Source: Candidatus Hinthialibacter antarcticus (GTDB taxonomy: Bacteria > Hinthialibacterota > Hinthialibacteria > Hinthialibacterales > Hinthialibacteraceae). From it: 64,000 bases of DNA. The translations under genes and the position numbers were made by a program. The stretch's first letter is position 1; each line of letters begins with the position of its first letter. Under the pieces are notes generated by a model, which was not told where the DNA came from, did no database searches, and was given only the letters and a program-made list of their open reading frames with translations. Below, in pieces: positions 63,435 through 64,000 of this stretch. The stretch spans positions 3,568 through 67,567 of the forward strand of contig JAVCCE010000054.1 of NCBI GenBank assembly GCA_030765645.1, written 5' to 3'.

Positions 63435-64000
63435 CCCGATTTCGGACCATCGAGCATAGCCGCAACCATTCGTTCAGCCCCGCTGGGTTAGACTTTCTTA
63501 CCGTGAAAAGCCCCGCCTTACAATCGCGCGCGGATGTTTGCGTTTATGAAAGCGCCAGTTTGAAGAACCATTCCTCCGCGCCAATTACAATCTTGCTTCA
63601 TGGCGTTTATGGCAGTTGCTGGTCGTGGGCGTTGAGCGGCGGCGCGCATGTCGCGCTTGAGTCAATGATAGAAGATGGACTGGCGGCGCCCATGCTTTTG
63701 GTTATGCCCTCGGATGGGCTGTGGGGCGATGGCAGCGGTTATGTAGACCATGGCGAGAAAAATTTTGAACGCTGGATCGTCGAAGACGTGATCGCGCTCA
63801 TTCGACAGACCTACTCCTGCGTAGACGAACGGTCTCCTGTTTCTATTGCCGGGCTTTCGATGGGAGGATTCGGCGCATTGCGGCTTGGCGCGAAATATCC
63901 AGATGTGTTCAACGCGTTTTATGGCTTTTCGTCAATCACTGATTTTGATCAGTTGCGTCTTTTCGTTGAAGAACCGTTAGAAACATACAATCTTAAAAAT
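63431..64000 (+). CDS. Esterase-family alpha/beta hydrolase (esterase D / S-formylglutathione-hydrolase-like), N-terminal part; 3' end outside the window
   Basis: ATG 63431 overlaps the ADH stop (ATGA). ITILLHGVYG...GLSMGGFGAL nucleophile elbow. Not in the ORF track because it runs off the window edge. Confidence 0.55.
   Translation, partial: MTRFRTIEHSRNHSFSPAGLDFLTVKSPALQSRADVCVYESASLKNHSSAPITILLHGVYGSCWSWALSGGAHVALESMIEDGLAAPMLLVMPSDGLWGDGSGYVDHGEKNFERWIVEDVIALIRQTYSCVDERSPVSIAGLSMGGFGALRLGAKYPDVFNAFYGFSSITDFDQLRLFVEEPLETYNLKN

Overview
This 64-kb window is densely coded on both strands at about 50% GC. The gene content resembles a PVC-superphylum-type (Planctomycetes/Lentisphaerae/Kiritimatiellae-like) polysaccharide degrader: three formylglycine-type sulfatases (one fused to a GH78 rhamnosidase module), a second GH78 alpha-L-rhamnosidase, a BNR/Asp-box hydrolase, a clan GH-D-like TIM-barrel hydrolase, alpha/beta-hydrolase esterases, FG-GAP/ASPIC proteins, a ThuA-HEAT-discoidin protein, and Tat-signal oxidoreductases. 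Housekeeping or accessory blocks are: (i) the 3' end of an Fe-ADH / ALDH / glutamine-synthetase-like trio, consistent with gamma-glutamylation-type amine or amino-alcohol catabolism; (ii) an HME-RND czcCBA-like metal efflux operon with a His-rich tandem repeat in the adaptor; (iii) an ECF sigma/anti-sigma operon divergent from a TolC-HlyD-MacB-like tripartite ABC efflux operon, with near-identical ECF-type promoter motifs on both strands; (iv) a class III Zn-ADH plus esterase pair at the 3' edge. The most unusual content is a 10-gene minus-strand operon (29946..35296) with an adjacent sigma-54 PAS activator. It encodes three NifX-like FeMo-cofactor-domain proteins, two MinD/Mrp ATPases with inserted 4Fe-4S ferredoxin segments, a DUF89, a DUF5320-like and a DUF169-like protein, a Gly-rich zinc-ribbon mini-protein and a truncated MBL-fold remnant. 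It looks like a metallocofactor trafficking or maturation module of unknown client, not a nitrogenase cluster. A previously unannotated dispersed intergenic repeat family of about 100-270 bp has at least 8 copies, in both orientations, with internal deletions and a conserved small hairpin. A conserved ~20-nt motif lies upstream of two sulfatase genes and a glycerophosphodiesterase gene. No rRNA, tRNA or CRISPR was seen.
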